From Candidatus Zhuqueibacterota bacterium (GTDB lineage: Bacteria > Zhuqueibacterota > Zhuqueibacteria > Residuimicrobiales > Krinioviventaceae), in the NCBI GenBank assembly GCA_016929295.1, contig JAFGJB010000061.1, positions 5,318 to 69,317 on the forward strand: DNA of 64,000 nt. The letters run 5' to 3'. Below are positions 38,879 through 50,500 of this stretch, in pieces. Below the pieces are notes generated by a model. It made no database searches. It saw nothing but the letters and a program-made list of their open reading frames with translations, and was not told the DNA's origin. Every line of letters begins with the position of its first letter. The stretch's first letter is position 1. A program made the translations under genes and the position numbers.

Positions 38879-40213
38879 TCAAACGAATAAACTGGTGATC
38901 CAGATGAGCATCATGGCGCACAAGCCCAAAAAGAGGGTGCCGAGGCTATGCAACCTGTAGCCGGTCTTGACATCCATGCCGGACATTTGGGTGACGACCC
39001 AGAAAAAGCTGTCATTCGCGTGCGATACGACCATCGAACCGCTGCCGATGGCGAGGACGAGCAGAGCGCGCATGACCTCCGACTGAAATCCCAGCGCCGG
39101 CAGGAGCGGCGCCATGATCGATGCGGTGGTGATGATGGCCACAGTCGAGGAACCCTGCGCCGTTTTGATCGCCGCGGCCAGCATGAAGGGCAACCATAAG
39201 CCGAGTTTTGCGCCTGCCAGGGAATTGCCAAGGAGATCGGCGATGCCCGAATTTTGCAGCACGCGACCAAATGCACCGCCGGCGCCGGTGATCATGATGA
39301 TCATCGCGGCGCTCATCACTCCCTCGCCAACCCAGCCCGAGCTCGATAACATATCGGTCGTCAAATGCCGCGGCAGCAGGGTGGAGAAAAGTATGCCGAT
39401 GAGCAGGGCGATGACCGGTGAACCGACAAAGCTGACAATCCGATAGAGCGCAGCCTGACCGAGCGGCGAGGTCGGCAGCGCTGCAACCGATTTCAGGATG
39501 ATCAGAATAATCGGCACGACAATCGGCAAAAGCGCTTTCATCGCCCCGGGGGCATTGTCCATGCGCTTCTGCATCATTGCTTCCGACAATTGCGGATTTG
39601 CATCCATCCAGAATCGGCCGGCATAGTTGGCGGCGTAAAGCCAGGCCATGAGCATGACGATCAGGCTGATGGGCAGAGCGAGCACAATGACCAATCCCAG
39701 ATCCGCTTCGAGCAATCCGGCGGCAGCAATGGGGCCGGGCGTCGGCGGCACCAGCGTGTGCGAGATGGTCAGACAGAGCGAGAGCACGATGGCAGTGCCG
39801 GCGAGAGAGATGCCAGCGCGCTTGGTAAGCGCCTTGTTCAGTGGCGACAAAATCACAAAACCGGAATCGGCAAATACCGGGATGGACACCAGCCAGCCAA
39901 TGAGTCCCATGGCCGGGATGATTCTCTTTTTGCCGATTCTTCTCAGAATGCTCTCCGCCAGCGTATACGCACCGCCCGATTTTTCCAGAAAAGTGCCGAT
40001 GATCGTGCCGGCAATGATGACGATGCCGATGTGACCGAGCGTGTCGCCAAAGCCGCTGTTGATAGACGTGACGATCGTCTCCAATGGCATCGATGAAAAC
40101 AGGCCAAATCCGATCGCGGCGCACAAAAGGGCGAGCAAAGGATGCAGACGAAAGCGCACCGTCGCGACGACGATGAAAGCAATCGCAATAAACAGGAGTA
40201 ACAGTCTTGTCAT
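38879..40213 (-). CDS. GntP-family sugar-acid permease
   Basis: LVPPTPGP, ITGAGGAFG, AQGSSTVA, SHANDSFFW. Confidence 0.93.
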   Translation of the reverse strand: MTRLLLLFIAIAFIVVATVRFRLHPLLALLCAAIGFGLFSSMPLETIVTSINSGFGDTLGHIGIVIIAGTIIGTFLEKSGGAYTLAESILRRIGKKRIIPAMGLIGWLVSIPVFADSGFVILSPLNKALTKRAGISLAGTAIVLSLCLTISHTLVPPTPGPIAAAGLLEADLGLVIVLALPISLIVMLMAWLYAANYAGRFWMDANPQLSEAMMQKRMDNAPGAMKALLPIVVPIILIILKSVAALPTSPLGQAALYRIVSFVGSPVIALLIGILFSTLLPRHLTTDMLSSSGWVGEGVMSAAMIIMITGAGGAFGRVLQNSGIADLLGNSLAGAKLGLWLPFMLAAAIKTAQGSSTVAIITTASIMAPLLPALGFQSEVMRALLVLAIGSGSMVVSHANDSFFWVVTQMSGMDVKTGYRLHSLGTLFLGLCAMMLIWITSLFV

Positions 40214-40223
40214 GTTTTTACAC

Positions 40224-40312
40224 TGAATTTCGAATATCGAACGCCGAATAACGAAAAGTCTTTTCCTTTGTCATCCATCATTCAGCATTCAGAATTCATC
40301 ATTCAATATTCA
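40224..40312. repeat. Two opposed arrays of degenerate heptamer tandem repeats
   Basis: (t/c)gaaNNN x5 at 40224-40258 and NNattca-like x6 at 40271-40312. Confidence 0.65.
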
Positions 40313-42263
40313 CTCTTTCAATTATCTTCTGCACATCATACACCGCCCCGCCCCACGTCCCGCCGCTGGCATTCTGCAACGCTGCCCACAGCCTTGTGTC
40401 GTCGGGCAGATTGGCTTGCGGCGCCAGATCGGCACGCAGAGGGCGGCTATGCAACAGGTTTGTTCCCCGGGCCGGCGCCAAGTCCGCTTCGCTGCATCCG
40501 GCTTCACCCACGACATTCACCTCTCCTGCAAGACCTTTTGCATCAATTACAATGCGAATGATATCCCCATCGATTATTTTGCCGATCGGCCCGCCCGCCA
40601 GCGCTTCCGGACCGACGTGCCCGATGCAGGCGCCCGTGCTGACGCCGCTGAACCGTCCATCCGTAATGAGGGCGACACTTTTTCCCCACGACAGATATTT
40701 GAGCGCTGCGGTCACCTGAAAAGTCTCCTCCATGCCGCTTCCCAGGGGTCCGATGCAGATGAGAACCAGGATATCACCCGGGTGGATGTCGCCTTTTTTA
40801 ATTGCCGCGATGGCCGCCGGTTCGCTGGTGAAGACGCGCGCCGGGCCGGTCATTATGAAAACGCCATCTTTATTGAGCACGGATGGATCAATCGACGTGC
40901 TCTTGACCACGCACCCGTCAGGGCCGATATTGCCGCGCGGGAATGAGACCGTGCTCGTCACACCACGACGGCGCGCTGCTGATCGCGACATGATGACATC
41001 ATCCGGATCAATCTTTTCCTGCTCGACAAGAATATTTTTCAGCTTGCGCCGGCGCTCCGAGCGTTCCCACCAGCAGAGATTCTCACCAAGCGTCTGGCCG
41101 GATACGGTCTGCACGTCGAGGTGCAACAGGTCCAGATCTCTCAGATGCAGCATGACCTCCGGCACGCCGCCGGCGTGAAAGACAAAATTCGTCGGAAAAT
41201 GAATCGGCCCGTTGGGCAGCACGGAGACGAGACGCGGCGTCCTGGCGTTCACCTCCATCCACTCCTTCACTGTCGGCCGCTCGAGTCCGGCGGCATGCGC
41301 AATCGCCGGCAGATGCAGCAGCAGGTTGGTCGAGCCGCCAAAGGCAGCGTGCAGGGTCATGGCGTTGCGCAGAGAATCAGGCGTCACCACATTTTTCACC
41401 CCTAGGCGCTGTCGCTGCAGATAGATGAGCGCGTCCGCCGACCTCTTCGCCAGATCCAGCCAGATCGCTTCTCCGGACGGCGCCAGCGCTGCATGCGGCA
41501 GGCTTAGTCCGAGCGCCTCGCAGACCACTTGCGACGTCGCCGCGGTGCCGAGAAAATGGCAGCCGCCGCCCGGCGAGGCGCAGGAGCTGCACGTCTGTTC
41601 CTGCGCATACGTCAAACTGACCTCTCCGCGCGCATAGCGGGCGCCTATCGACTGGATGCGGCCCAGATCCTCCGCATCCTTGGGCGGCAAGGTGACGCCG
41701 CCGGGGACGATTATGCACGGCGTGTCGGACATGGCGGCCAGCGCCATCATCATAGCGGGCAAGCCTTTATCGCACGTGGCGATGCCGAGGACGCCTTTTG
41801 CTTTCGGCAAACTGCGGATCAGACGACGAAAGACGATGGCAGCGTCGTTGCGATAGGCCAGACTGTCCATCATGCCGGCGGTGCCCTGGGTGCGGCCGTC
41901 ACACGGATCGGACACATATCCGGCAAAAGGCAAGGCGCCGAGGCGATACAACTCTTCGGCCGCTGCGCGCACCAGCGCGTCGAGTTCGAAATGTCCCGTG
42001 TGGTAGCCGAGCGCAACGAAGTCGCCGGCACCATTGCGTAATCCGCCGCTTGTGCTCAAAATGAGAAATTGCTGTCGTCCCACCTCAGCAGGTCGCACCC
42101 CCATGCCAATATCTTGCACCGCACCAAAGATATCGCCGCTTGGGGCGGTGCGCAAGGTCGCAGCCGAGAGCGGCAACTTGCCGCGCGCCGAATCGACTGA
42201 GGTTCGGATTCGATAAATTTCGGCATCGCTGCCCTGGAGAATTTTCTTGATTTCGTTTTTCAT
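40299..42263 (-). CDS. yagF: YagF/YjhG-type D-xylonate dehydratase (IlvD/EDD family)
   Basis: [73 protein letters not shown]. Confidence 0.9.
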   Translation of the reverse strand: MKNEIKKILQGSDAEIYRIRTSVDSARGKLPLSAATLRTAPSGDIFGAVQDIGMGVRPAEVGRQQFLILSTSGGLRNGAGDFVALGYHTGHFELDALVRAAAEELYRLGALPFAGYVSDPCDGRTQGTAGMMDSLAYRNDAAIVFRRLIRSLPKAKGVLGIATCDKGLPAMMMALAAMSDTPCIIVPGGVTLPPKDAEDLGRIQSIGARYARGEVSLTYAQEQTCSSCASPGGGCHFLGTAATSQVVCEALGLSLPHAALAPSGEAIWLDLAKRSADALIYLQRQRLGVKNVVTPDSLRNAMTLHAAFGGSTNLLLHLPAIAHAAGLERPTVKEWMEVNARTPRLVSVLPNGPIHFPTNFVFHAGGVPEVMLHLRDLDLLHLDVQTVSGQTLGENLCWWERSERRRKLKNILVEQEKIDPDDVIMSRSAARRRGVTSTVSFPRGNIGPDGCVVKSTSIDPSVLNKDGVFIMTGPARVFTSEPAAIAAIKKGDIHPGDILVLICIGPLGSGMEETFQVTAALKYLSWGKSVALITDGRFSGVSTGACIGHVGPEALAGGPIGKIIDGDIIRIVIDAKGLAGEVNVVGEAGCSEADLAPARGTNLLHSRPLRADLAPQANLPDDTRLWAALQNASGGTWGGAVYDVQKIIERVNIE

Positions 42264-42294
42264 GAAATGAAGGAATTGAATTTATTCTGTTGCG

Positions 42295-43548
42295 TCACTG
42301 TCGCTGACGAATGATCAGACAGGGGCCGGGTCGCAGGATCTCTATGCCGTGGTGATCCGTGTCTGACAACAGTGCGATGACATTATCGCCTTTGACGAGA
42401 TGAGCGGGATCGATGGTGAGGACAGAGTGAACGACATCGTGAATCGCTCTTTTCGAAGTGACGGGATACGCATGCCCATTTATCCTGAAAGGCTTTGTAA
42501 CATTCCCTTCACCTCCGTCCCAGATTTTGATGTGTAATTGAGCGGCCACAATCTTTTCTGGATCAATGGGACTGTAAATTTTTGCAGTCTTACAAACTCC
42601 TGCGCGGGACCAGAATGGAACCGGCGCATCAGCGCAATAGAACATCTGTACGCTTTCTCTACTGCGTCTCAAGAGTGACCCGGTCGTCGGTGCCGTTTCA
42701 TAGCACAGACCATCCTTGAATTTCACGATGGCTTTGAACTGCAATGGCGTGCTTTGATCCGGCAACAGCCTGACGTCCCATTTTATCGCAAAGGGGAAAG
42801 CTACGGCGTTTCCAACATGAGATATTCGTTCTCTCTTAAATGTATAGCCATGCCAATCGGAATGATCACAATTGCCATTTTCATCAAAGCCCGTGTAGCG
42901 GGCGATAAATTCGACCGAGCCGATTTTTGGCGCAGAGTCCTGTGGAATATCGAGTCGGAGTGTAACAGTGTCATTTTCAATGCAAGGCGGGGCCACGACT
43001 CTGGCAAAAAAATCGACCAGGCCAGGATGGCGTTTGCGCACGCTATCCGGTTTGTAGACACATTGCAGCGCCACATTATCCAGTATAAAGTGACCCCAGA
43101 ATCCCTCTCCCCGCTCACAAGAAAATTGCAGCGCATTGACGCCAGTGACGAGATGAGGGGGCTCGATGTCAACAGATGGATAAGCATAGACGCAATGCCC
43201 CAACGCTGTGCCATAGTCCGGAATGGAATAGACTGCCTTGCCATTGACGGTCACGCGCTTGTTGGCCGTATGCGGGTGTCCACCCCACATTTCGAGATAG
43301 AGCACTGCTTTTTCCAGATCGACTAGTAATTCCGGCGCATTTAAAAGCACCAGGCCGTTTGCCAGGACTTCCGAACGTTTGCCAAAAGCATCGTCTGTGG
43401 CGATTTCAGGATCATTCACTCGCCAGCGGCCATCCCGGTGATTGCTGATGTTTTCATCGAATTCGGCCCAGTATTGACGATAAAACAGACCATCGGCGAG
43501 GACAGCTGCGGCGAAGAGCAAGGAGTGCAAAAAAAGTGCTTTTATCAT
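42295..43548 (-). CDS. Hypothetical secreted protein with two similar beta-sandwich modules
   Basis: Signal peptide MIKALFLHSLLFAAAVLA; repeated W.G..(V/I)NG..HLV.G.N motifs. Confidence 0.65.
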   Translation of the reverse strand: MIKALFLHSLLFAAAVLADGLFYRQYWAEFDENISNHRDGRWRVNDPEIATDDAFGKRSEVLANGLVLLNAPELLVDLEKAVLYLEMWGGHPHTANKRVTVNGKAVYSIPDYGTALGHCVYAYPSVDIEPPHLVTGVNALQFSCERGEGFWGHFILDNVALQCVYKPDSVRKRHPGLVDFFARVVAPPCIENDTVTLRLDIPQDSAPKIGSVEFIARYTGFDENGNCDHSDWHGYTFKRERISHVGNAVAFPFAIKWDVRLLPDQSTPLQFKAIVKFKDGLCYETAPTTGSLLRRSRESVQMFYCADAPVPFWSRAGVCKTAKIYSPIDPEKIVAAQLHIKIWDGGEGNVTKPFRINGHAYPVTSKRAIHDVVHSVLTIDPAHLVKGDNVIALLSDTDHHGIEILRPGPCLIIRQRQ

Positions 43549-43561
43549 GATATTATGACCA

Positions 43562-44944
43562 TTAATCCACCAATTGGCGTTCAATTTCTTCCAGAGACTT
43601 GCCCCGGGTCTCTGGCAATTTTCTTGCGATTACGATGAATCCGATGAGACAAATCGCCGCATAGAGCCAATAGGTGCCGGCGGTTCCCAGGCTTTCATTC
43701 AGGAACGGGAAGGTATAGGTCAGAATCAAACTGGCCGTCCAGAGGGAAAAGACGGCGATGGAGACCGCCGCACCGCGAATTCGGTTGGGGAATATCTCGG
43801 ATATCAACACCCAGACAACCGGCGCCAGGGTGAATGAATATATGGCAAGGGCGATGATGACGAGCAGCAGAACCGGCAAGCCTTTTAGATGGAGAAAATA
43901 GCTGCCGCCGATAAAAAAGTAGGCGACCGCCAAGCCGCCGGCGCCGATGAGCATTAATATTTTCCGACCCCAGCGATCGACCGTATGGATGGCCAGAAAT
44001 GTGGAAATCAGCATGATGGAGCCGGTGATGACGATGTTGAGCAGAATATCACTGACGCCATAGCCGGCGGCGGTGAAAACTTCTTCGGCATAGTACAGGA
44101 TTGTGTTGATGCCGCACCACTGCTGAAATACGGCGAGAAAGATGCCCAGCAGCAGGATCTTGAAGAGTCTGGGCTGCGTCAGATCCCGGAAATTGACCGA
44201 CGTCTTGTTGGCCAGCGTGTTGCGAATGTCGGCGAGTTCGAAGCGGGCGAACGGCTCACCGCCAATCCGCGTCAGGGTGCGCTGCGCCAGATGGTCCTGT
44301 CCGTTCTTCACCAGCCAGCGCGGGCTCTCCGGCACGAAGAACATCAGGATGAAAAAGAGCGCGGCCGGCGCGGTCTCCGCCGCGAACATCCAGCGCCAGC
44401 CGACCTGGCCGTTCCACGAGTTCAGGATCGCATCGCCGGCGGCATTTTCCGCAACCGGCTGGGCGATGAGCCAGTTCACGGTCTGCGCCGAGAGCACGCC
44501 AATGACAATGGTGAGCTGATTGATGGAGACAAATTTTCCGCGCATCTCGGCCGGCGCCACTTCCGCGATGTACATCGGCGACAGATTCGACGCCAAACCA
44601 ATGCCCATGCCGCCCAGAATGCGAAACCAGACAAAAATCGAAAAAGAGTTCGCCAGCGCGGTGCCGATGGCCGAGATGATGAAAAGCAATCCGGCCAGGA
44701 TGAGCAGTCTCTTGCGGCCAAAACTGTCGCTCAGACCACCGCTGAGCATTGAGCCGATCAGGCAGCCGAGCAAGGCGCTGCTCATCGCCCAGCCGATCTG
44801 AAATGAGCTGCGCAGTTGGAAATACTCTTCATAAAACGGCTTGGCCCCGCCGATGACGACCCAGTCATAGCCGAACAGCAACCCTCCCATGGCCGCGACG
44901 AGTGAAACCGTCCAGATGTAGAATAGATTATACTGGCTTTTCAT
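43562..44944 (-). CDS. Sugar porter family MFS transporter (XylE/AraE-like)
   Basis: Start MKSQYNLFY; GGLLFGYD, DSFGRK, PESPRWL, QQWCGIN, SEIFP, PETRGKSLEEI. Confidence 0.93.
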   Translation of the reverse strand: MKSQYNLFYIWTVSLVAAMGGLLFGYDWVVIGGAKPFYEEYFQLRSSFQIGWAMSSALLGCLIGSMLSGGLSDSFGRKRLLILAGLLFIISAIGTALANSFSIFVWFRILGGMGIGLASNLSPMYIAEVAPAEMRGKFVSINQLTIVIGVLSAQTVNWLIAQPVAENAAGDAILNSWNGQVGWRWMFAAETAPAALFFILMFFVPESPRWLVKNGQDHLAQRTLTRIGGEPFARFELADIRNTLANKTSVNFRDLTQPRLFKILLLGIFLAVFQQWCGINTILYYAEEVFTAAGYGVSDILLNIVITGSIMLISTFLAIHTVDRWGRKILMLIGAGGLAVAYFFIGGSYFLHLKGLPVLLLVIIALAIYSFTLAPVVWVLISEIFPNRIRGAAVSIAVFSLWTASLILTYTFPFLNESLGTAGTYWLYAAICLIGFIVIARKLPETRGKSLEEIERQLVD

Positions 44945-44999
44945 ATAGTACAAGGATCCTTTCCATGTAATTCCTGCAACGCCGGCATCGGCAAATGGA

Positions 45000-45929
45000 T
45001 CATGAAAATTCGGGGTGATAGCATCGCAGAGTCTGTGACTGCAAAAAAGCAGCAATCTCGTCTGTTGAAATGACGGCCGTACCGCCGTGCGTCGTCGCCA
45101 CCAGAGCGCCGAGCGCATTTCCGAGCTCACACGCCGCCCGCAATGAATGACCTCCCAGCAGGCTATGGATGAAAGCGGCCGAAAAAGCATCTCCAGATCC
45201 GAGCGAATCGGCCAGCCTGATTTTATGCCCGGGAACGTAAACCTGTTCGCCAAACGAAGAACCGGCGAACGCTCCACGCTCGCCAAAGGTGATGAGGATG
45301 TAGTCGAGATTGAATTCCTGGCAGACAAACTCGCAAAAACCCGGAAAGCTTTTAACTGATAATCCCAGGATAGCGCCTAATTGCACCACCTCATCATCAT
45401 TCAGTTTGAGGATGTTGGCTTTTTCCAGCGAATAGAGGATCGTTTCGCGGGAAAAACAATTCTTCCTGAGATTGATATCCAAAAACTTGACCGCAGTGGG
45501 CGCGGCGTCTATCAGCTCGTGCAGGGTCTCACGGGACCGCGCGCGCTGAATGAGCGTGCCGAAACAGAGGCATTCGGCCTGCTGCGCCGCTTCAGCGAGC
45601 TCATCGGTGAATCGGATGTGATCGTATGCCACATCAGGATTGATGACATAGTCCGGCAGATGATTTTCGTCGAAACTGACATTGACGGTGCCGGTGGGAA
45701 AACCTGCACAGCGCTGCAGCAGGGATGCATCCATGCCGAGCGAACGCACCCGCTGCAATGCTTTGTCTCCCAGTTCATCCGTTCCCACACTGCTGATGAA
45801 AAGTCCGCTGTCCTGCAGTGAATTGACGCGAAACGCGAAATTGAACGGTGCACCGCCAAGAATTGCCTTGTCGGGCAAAATATCCCAGAGAATTTCGCCA
45901 AATGAAAGAATTCGTATTGCCATGGCCAC
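45000..45929 (-). CDS. PfkB-family carbohydrate kinase (fructokinase-like)
   Basis: GEILWD, GGAPFN, DINLR, KLNDDE, DSLGSGDAF. Confidence 0.9.
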   Translation of the reverse strand: MAMAIRILSFGEILWDILPDKAILGGAPFNFAFRVNSLQDSGLFISSVGTDELGDKALQRVRSLGMDASLLQRCAGFPTGTVNVSFDENHLPDYVINPDVAYDHIRFTDELAEAAQQAECLCFGTLIQRARSRETLHELIDAAPTAVKFLDINLRKNCFSRETILYSLEKANILKLNDDEVVQLGAILGLSVKSFPGFCEFVCQEFNLDYILITFGERGAFAGSSFGEQVYVPGHKIRLADSLGSGDAFSAAFIHSLLGGHSLRAACELGNALGALVATTHGGTAVISTDEIAAFLQSQTLRCYHPEFS

Positions 45930-46646
45930 TCAGTGCCGCACAATATCCTGCAGCATTTGGATGGTGATCTTTTCAGCGCCGGCGTCCCCCAACTCGGGAA
46001 CGACAAGATCGGCCGCAGAATTGTCTTCGTTTTCCGTATAATAGTTGGTCGTCACAACACACTTGATCCCGGCTGCCTTGGCGGCGAGCAGACCGACGCG
46101 GCTGTCTTCGATGACGACGCACTCCGCCGGCGCGAGCTTGAGGGTTGCCAATGCCTGCAGATAAATCTCGGGATCGGGTTTCTTTCTCGACACCACGTCG
46201 CCGGCGAGCACGGCGACAAAATGGCGCCGCCGTTCGGCCCCGAGGAGTCTCTCGATGATCAGATTCACCGCCCGTTCGTTTGACGTCGAGCAGACGGCCA
46301 GCGCAATGCCCGCGGCAATGGCTTCATCCACCAGGCGCGCGACGCCGGGACGCAGCGGCAGCTCGCCCGCTGCAATCATGCTCATGAAAATGTCGGTTTT
46401 CAGCCGATGCGTCTCTTTGATAAAATCGTCGCGGTTTGCCACCTCCTCCGGCAAGCCGACCTCGTTGAAAAAATGGCGCATGCGCTCCTTGCCGCCGGTG
46501 ATTTGCAGTAGCTCGTGATATTTCGCAACGCTCCACTCGTACGCCAGGCCTTTTTGTTTAAAAGCTCGGTTGAAGGCGACACGATGCCCGTCTTTCTCGG
46601 TGTCGACAAGCACGCCGTCGCAGTCGAATATGATGGCTTTCAGCAC
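45930..46646 (-). CDS. HAD-IA sugar-phosphate phosphatase (CbbY-like)
   Basis: FDCDGVLVDTE..GHRVAFN, GGKERM, KKPDPEIY, IEDS. Confidence 0.9.
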   Translation of the reverse strand: MLKAIIFDCDGVLVDTEKDGHRVAFNRAFKQKGLAYEWSVAKYHELLQITGGKERMRHFFNEVGLPEEVANRDDFIKETHRLKTDIFMSMIAAGELPLRPGVARLVDEAIAAGIALAVCSTSNERAVNLIIERLLGAERRRHFVAVLAGDVVSRKKPDPEIYLQALATLKLAPAECVVIEDSRVGLLAAKAAGIKCVVTTNYYTENEDNSAADLVVPELGDAGAEKITIQMLQDIVRH

Positions 46647-46688
46647 ACAACTCTCCTTTTTTGCCAGTTGGACTTTTTCCCCTCCGCG

Positions 46689-47540
46689 TCACGCTTGCCC
46701 GGCGCTGCCGAACAGTTTGATGTTTTCAACGACGGCCGCCTTCAGGGCGTCGTATTGCGCGGCAATTGGCTTGAGCGGATTATAGACCTGGTTCGCCTGG
46801 TGATAATTGACGAAACCGTCGATATGAGCATACTTGAGCTGGGTGGAGATATTCACCTTGGCGCAGCCCAATGCGATGCACCTGTGAAAGACGTCATCCG
46901 CCAGACCGGTGCCGCCATGCAGCGCCAGCGGTACGCCGGTTCTGGCGGCAATCTCTTCGATGAGATCGTAGGCGATCTTTGGCTCGCCCTTGTAGATGCC
47001 ATGCGCAGTGCCCACGGCCGGGGCAAAGCAATCGATGGGCAGCTCACGACAGAATTGCACAGCCTGATCCGCGTCGGCCAGATGCGCCTCCTGCTCCTTG
47101 ACATGAATGTCATCCTCCACCCCGACGATGGCGCCAAGTTCAGCTTCAACGGAGACGCCGCACGATGCGGTCATATCGAGCACCTGCTGCGTCAGTCTGA
47201 TGTTTTCGGTGAATGGTTTGGTCGAAGCGTCAATCATCACCGATGTCCAGCCGGCATCGATACATTTTCTGATTACGTCGATGTCCGTACAATGATCGAG
47301 ATGAATGGCAACAGGAATGGTCGCGTGGAGGGTGAGCTGCTTCGCCCAGGAGATCACGGCGTCATATCCCCAAAAGAGGACTGTTTTGACCGAGGTTTGG
47401 ATGATCACGGGTGCGCGCCATTCTTCGGCAGCGTCGATGACAGCGCGCATGGAGTTGTAGTCGAGAATGTTAAAAGCACCCACCGCATAGCCATTCGCTT
47501 GAGCGCGTTTCAACATAGCCGTCATGCTTTGCAGTGACAT
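46689..47540 (-). CDS. fba: Class II fructose/tagatose-bisphosphate aldolase
   Basis: GYAVGAFN, HLDH, SVMID, VEAELG, GTAHG, LHGGTG, KVNIST; GGAGG RBS. Confidence 0.9.
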   Translation of the reverse strand: MSLQSMTAMLKRAQANGYAVGAFNILDYNSMRAVIDAAEEWRAPVIIQTSVKTVLFWGYDAVISWAKQLTLHATIPVAIHLDHCTDIDVIRKCIDAGWTSVMIDASTKPFTENIRLTQQVLDMTASCGVSVEAELGAIVGVEDDIHVKEQEAHLADADQAVQFCRELPIDCFAPAVGTAHGIYKGEPKIAYDLIEEIAARTGVPLALHGGTGLADDVFHRCIALGCAKVNISTQLKYAHIDGFVNYHQANQVYNPLKPIAAQYDALKAAVVENIKLFGSAGQA

Positions 47541-47583
47541 GAGCGTATTCCTCCAAAAAGTGACAATGCGACCGTCGCCACCG

Positions 47584-50500
47584 TCATCGCATGATGACGA
47601 GACGTTCGACGATCTCCCGCTGTTCGTCGCCATCGTTTGCAATGATCTTGTACAAATAGACTCCGTTCGCCAGTCGATCGCCATAATCGTCCGCGCCGTC
47701 CCAGTACGTTTGATTATAGCCAACGTCACCATCCGCAGACTGGATGACGCGAATGAGGCGGCCGGCTATGGTATATATTTTGATAGTCACATCACAGGCG
47801 CGATCGTTCTCAATCATATAAGTGAACGAGGTGTGCTGCGAAAAGGGATTGGGATAGTTCACGACCTGACCAAATGACAGCGCCGAGCGTATTCTGAATT
47901 CAAATTCCGCGCTGTTTTCAAGGGCAATATCGGGATTTTTTACTACGACCGCAAGCTGATAATCGCCATCAGGGAGATCAGCGGTGGAGTATAGACATTC
48001 TGCGACGGGCAGACCATTCATTGTCGTCGTCCAGTTGACGCGAGCGGGATCGATCACGGCGTTATTCTGCAATAACTTGATATCACGATCGATGTCAATC
48101 CCCTCGTCATGTCGCAGCGATATTCGAATCAGCGATCCTTTTTCCACCGGATCACCGCTAAATATCTCGGCGCCGGCCTTTTTGTCATTGACATAGAATT
48201 CGACTGCAAGCGCGCTGTTGACACGAGAAATGACAGCGCTCAGAGTGAGGGTGAATGAAGTGTCGGGCTGCCACAATGCTGTGGGAGATAAAAGAATGAC
48301 CGAATCCGACATGAATTCGTAAAGAAACTGAATCGTATCTCCGGGCGCACCTCCATCCTTTGCCGGCGTCTGCGGATCATCCATGGCGATGAACAGCGGC
48401 CCGAATGCCCCCTCATCGCGGATGAATGCCCGGCCAAATTCGACGCCATCGATGGCAGCGATGACCTGATGGCCTTTGGCAGCGGCCGCATCGTTTATCA
48501 TCACCCGTCCGGAATAGGCGGCACTGCTCCTGCTCGCCTCGTCCCCATAGTGCAATCTTGTCGCCGGGTCGCCGAACAGAACATAGAACTGCAAATGATC
48601 GACGAGATTGGGAAAAGTCGCGTACATCGCTAGCAGTCCGGCCATTGTGAACGATCCCACGACATTATCGCCCTGCTGGTAGAGCGACCCGTAAAGCTTT
48701 TTGCTCAGTGCATAGAGAGGGCTGGGATAAGCCTCGCCGGAGGCGGAAAAAGCGGCAATGGTTCCTTTATGCTCGGCTGTGCTCAGCTCTTCCGCAAGAG
48801 CGCTATAATTCCGATTGGGGTGAGCAAAATAGCCGTTGATGCAGCTCAGGGTCAATAGAAAAGGAAGATTGTCGGACTCGGGCAAAAGGGCTACATCCTC
48901 TCGAGCAAAAATGGACTTGGCGGACCACGTGCCCACTGACCCATGACCCAGGTAGTTCATGGTCAACACGCTATCGGCAAATGTGGAGATGATATTCTCT
49001 CTGATGGCCGGCATGGGGGTGTTCGCCAGATAGAGGCGCTTGACGCCAAAGTCGTCCGGCACATAGTTGCGAATGATGGCGTCGGAGCTATCCTCAAAAG
49101 CGAGGCTGCCGCCCTCTCCAAGATCCGCCACAAAGGCGGCTCTTTTCATCCACGAGGCTTTTTGACCGAGCCGATGATACCTGCATATTTTATCAATGAC
49201 CGATGAAAGCTCGTCTGTCGAGCGCACGGCCAGCCTGCCGATGAACATATCGGGCAGTGCATCTCTCGGACCATCGACGCAGACGAACCAGTTATCCGAG
49301 GCAGCCTCGTAATGCTTGACGCTGGCTTCGAACAAGCGAGTTGGAATAAAGTCTGAACGAGCACCACCCCCATAGTCCGCATTCTCGGGACGCAAACGAC
49401 GCGGATTCCACGATGCATCGCCCACCAGCAGCACAAAGGTTGGCGCCGGCCTGGCCCACTGGTGATAGGCATAAGACAGGAATTCTTTGATCGGTTCTCT
49501 GTCATAGATGCCGTAGCCGAATTCATCGTAAATATCCTGGACTTGAACGACTTGCACCGTCAAGCCTTGGGATGCGTGGTAATTTGCCAGAGGATCGACC
49601 TGCAGATAAAAATCATCAACAGTGATGATGATATAATCGGCCTGCTGGGACGATCGCAGAGCCGATGGCTCATCGCGGACGATGGCGCTCGCTCTAGCCT
49701 TTTTGGCCTGCGATGAGATGAGGAATTTCGTCGTCGCCGCATTTTCATGCTCAAAGCGAAGCGTATCATCGACGCGCAGAATATTGACGAGATAGCTCGG
49801 CTGCGCCGGATCGGTGATGTCGTAGACATGGATATCCTGAGAAGAAAATCCGCTCGCCTCGATGGTGTGCGCTCCGCGCCGGTTGCTGGTGAAGACGAGG
49901 CTGTCCAGCAACGTATGATTTTTTCCCTGATAGGTGAGGCTGAAATAGTCGACCAGTTGCCAGTCCAGAAAGCTGCCGGTATCGCCCGGGCCAATGATCT
50001 CGACCTGGTTGACGCCGTCCCGCAGAATATTTTGCGCAAAAGAGATTGTATCGGTCCAGCTGATGCGGCCATCCCACCATTTATCCAGAATAGTCGTGCC
50101 GTTCAGCTGCACCAGCGTATGATGATCCGGATTTACGGTTTCGAGGCTGGCGTATCCCTGCATGCGCAAGACGAAAGAGTTATCGCCGGCATCCGTAGCC
50201 GCGACACTCCCCAGGTCGATGTTGTAAGTCAATGATTTTGGCGTGAAAAGGCTGTCCATGAACCAGTGTTCCTGATCCGTATGATTGGGAAAACTGGCGT
50301 GATGGCTGCGATCGCTTTCAATGTGCAGAAATCGAAGGCCATTCGACAGAACAGGATAGCCGGTCGGCGCGGCGTCGATGTGCGCCATCCTTTTTCCCGG
50401 CGAAGCGGCGACTGCCAGCCAATAGACGTTTGTCGTGGTATAGCTGTTTTTAAATGGCCGGCTGTAAAATTCGATATAATCATCGTCATGAAAGATGCCA

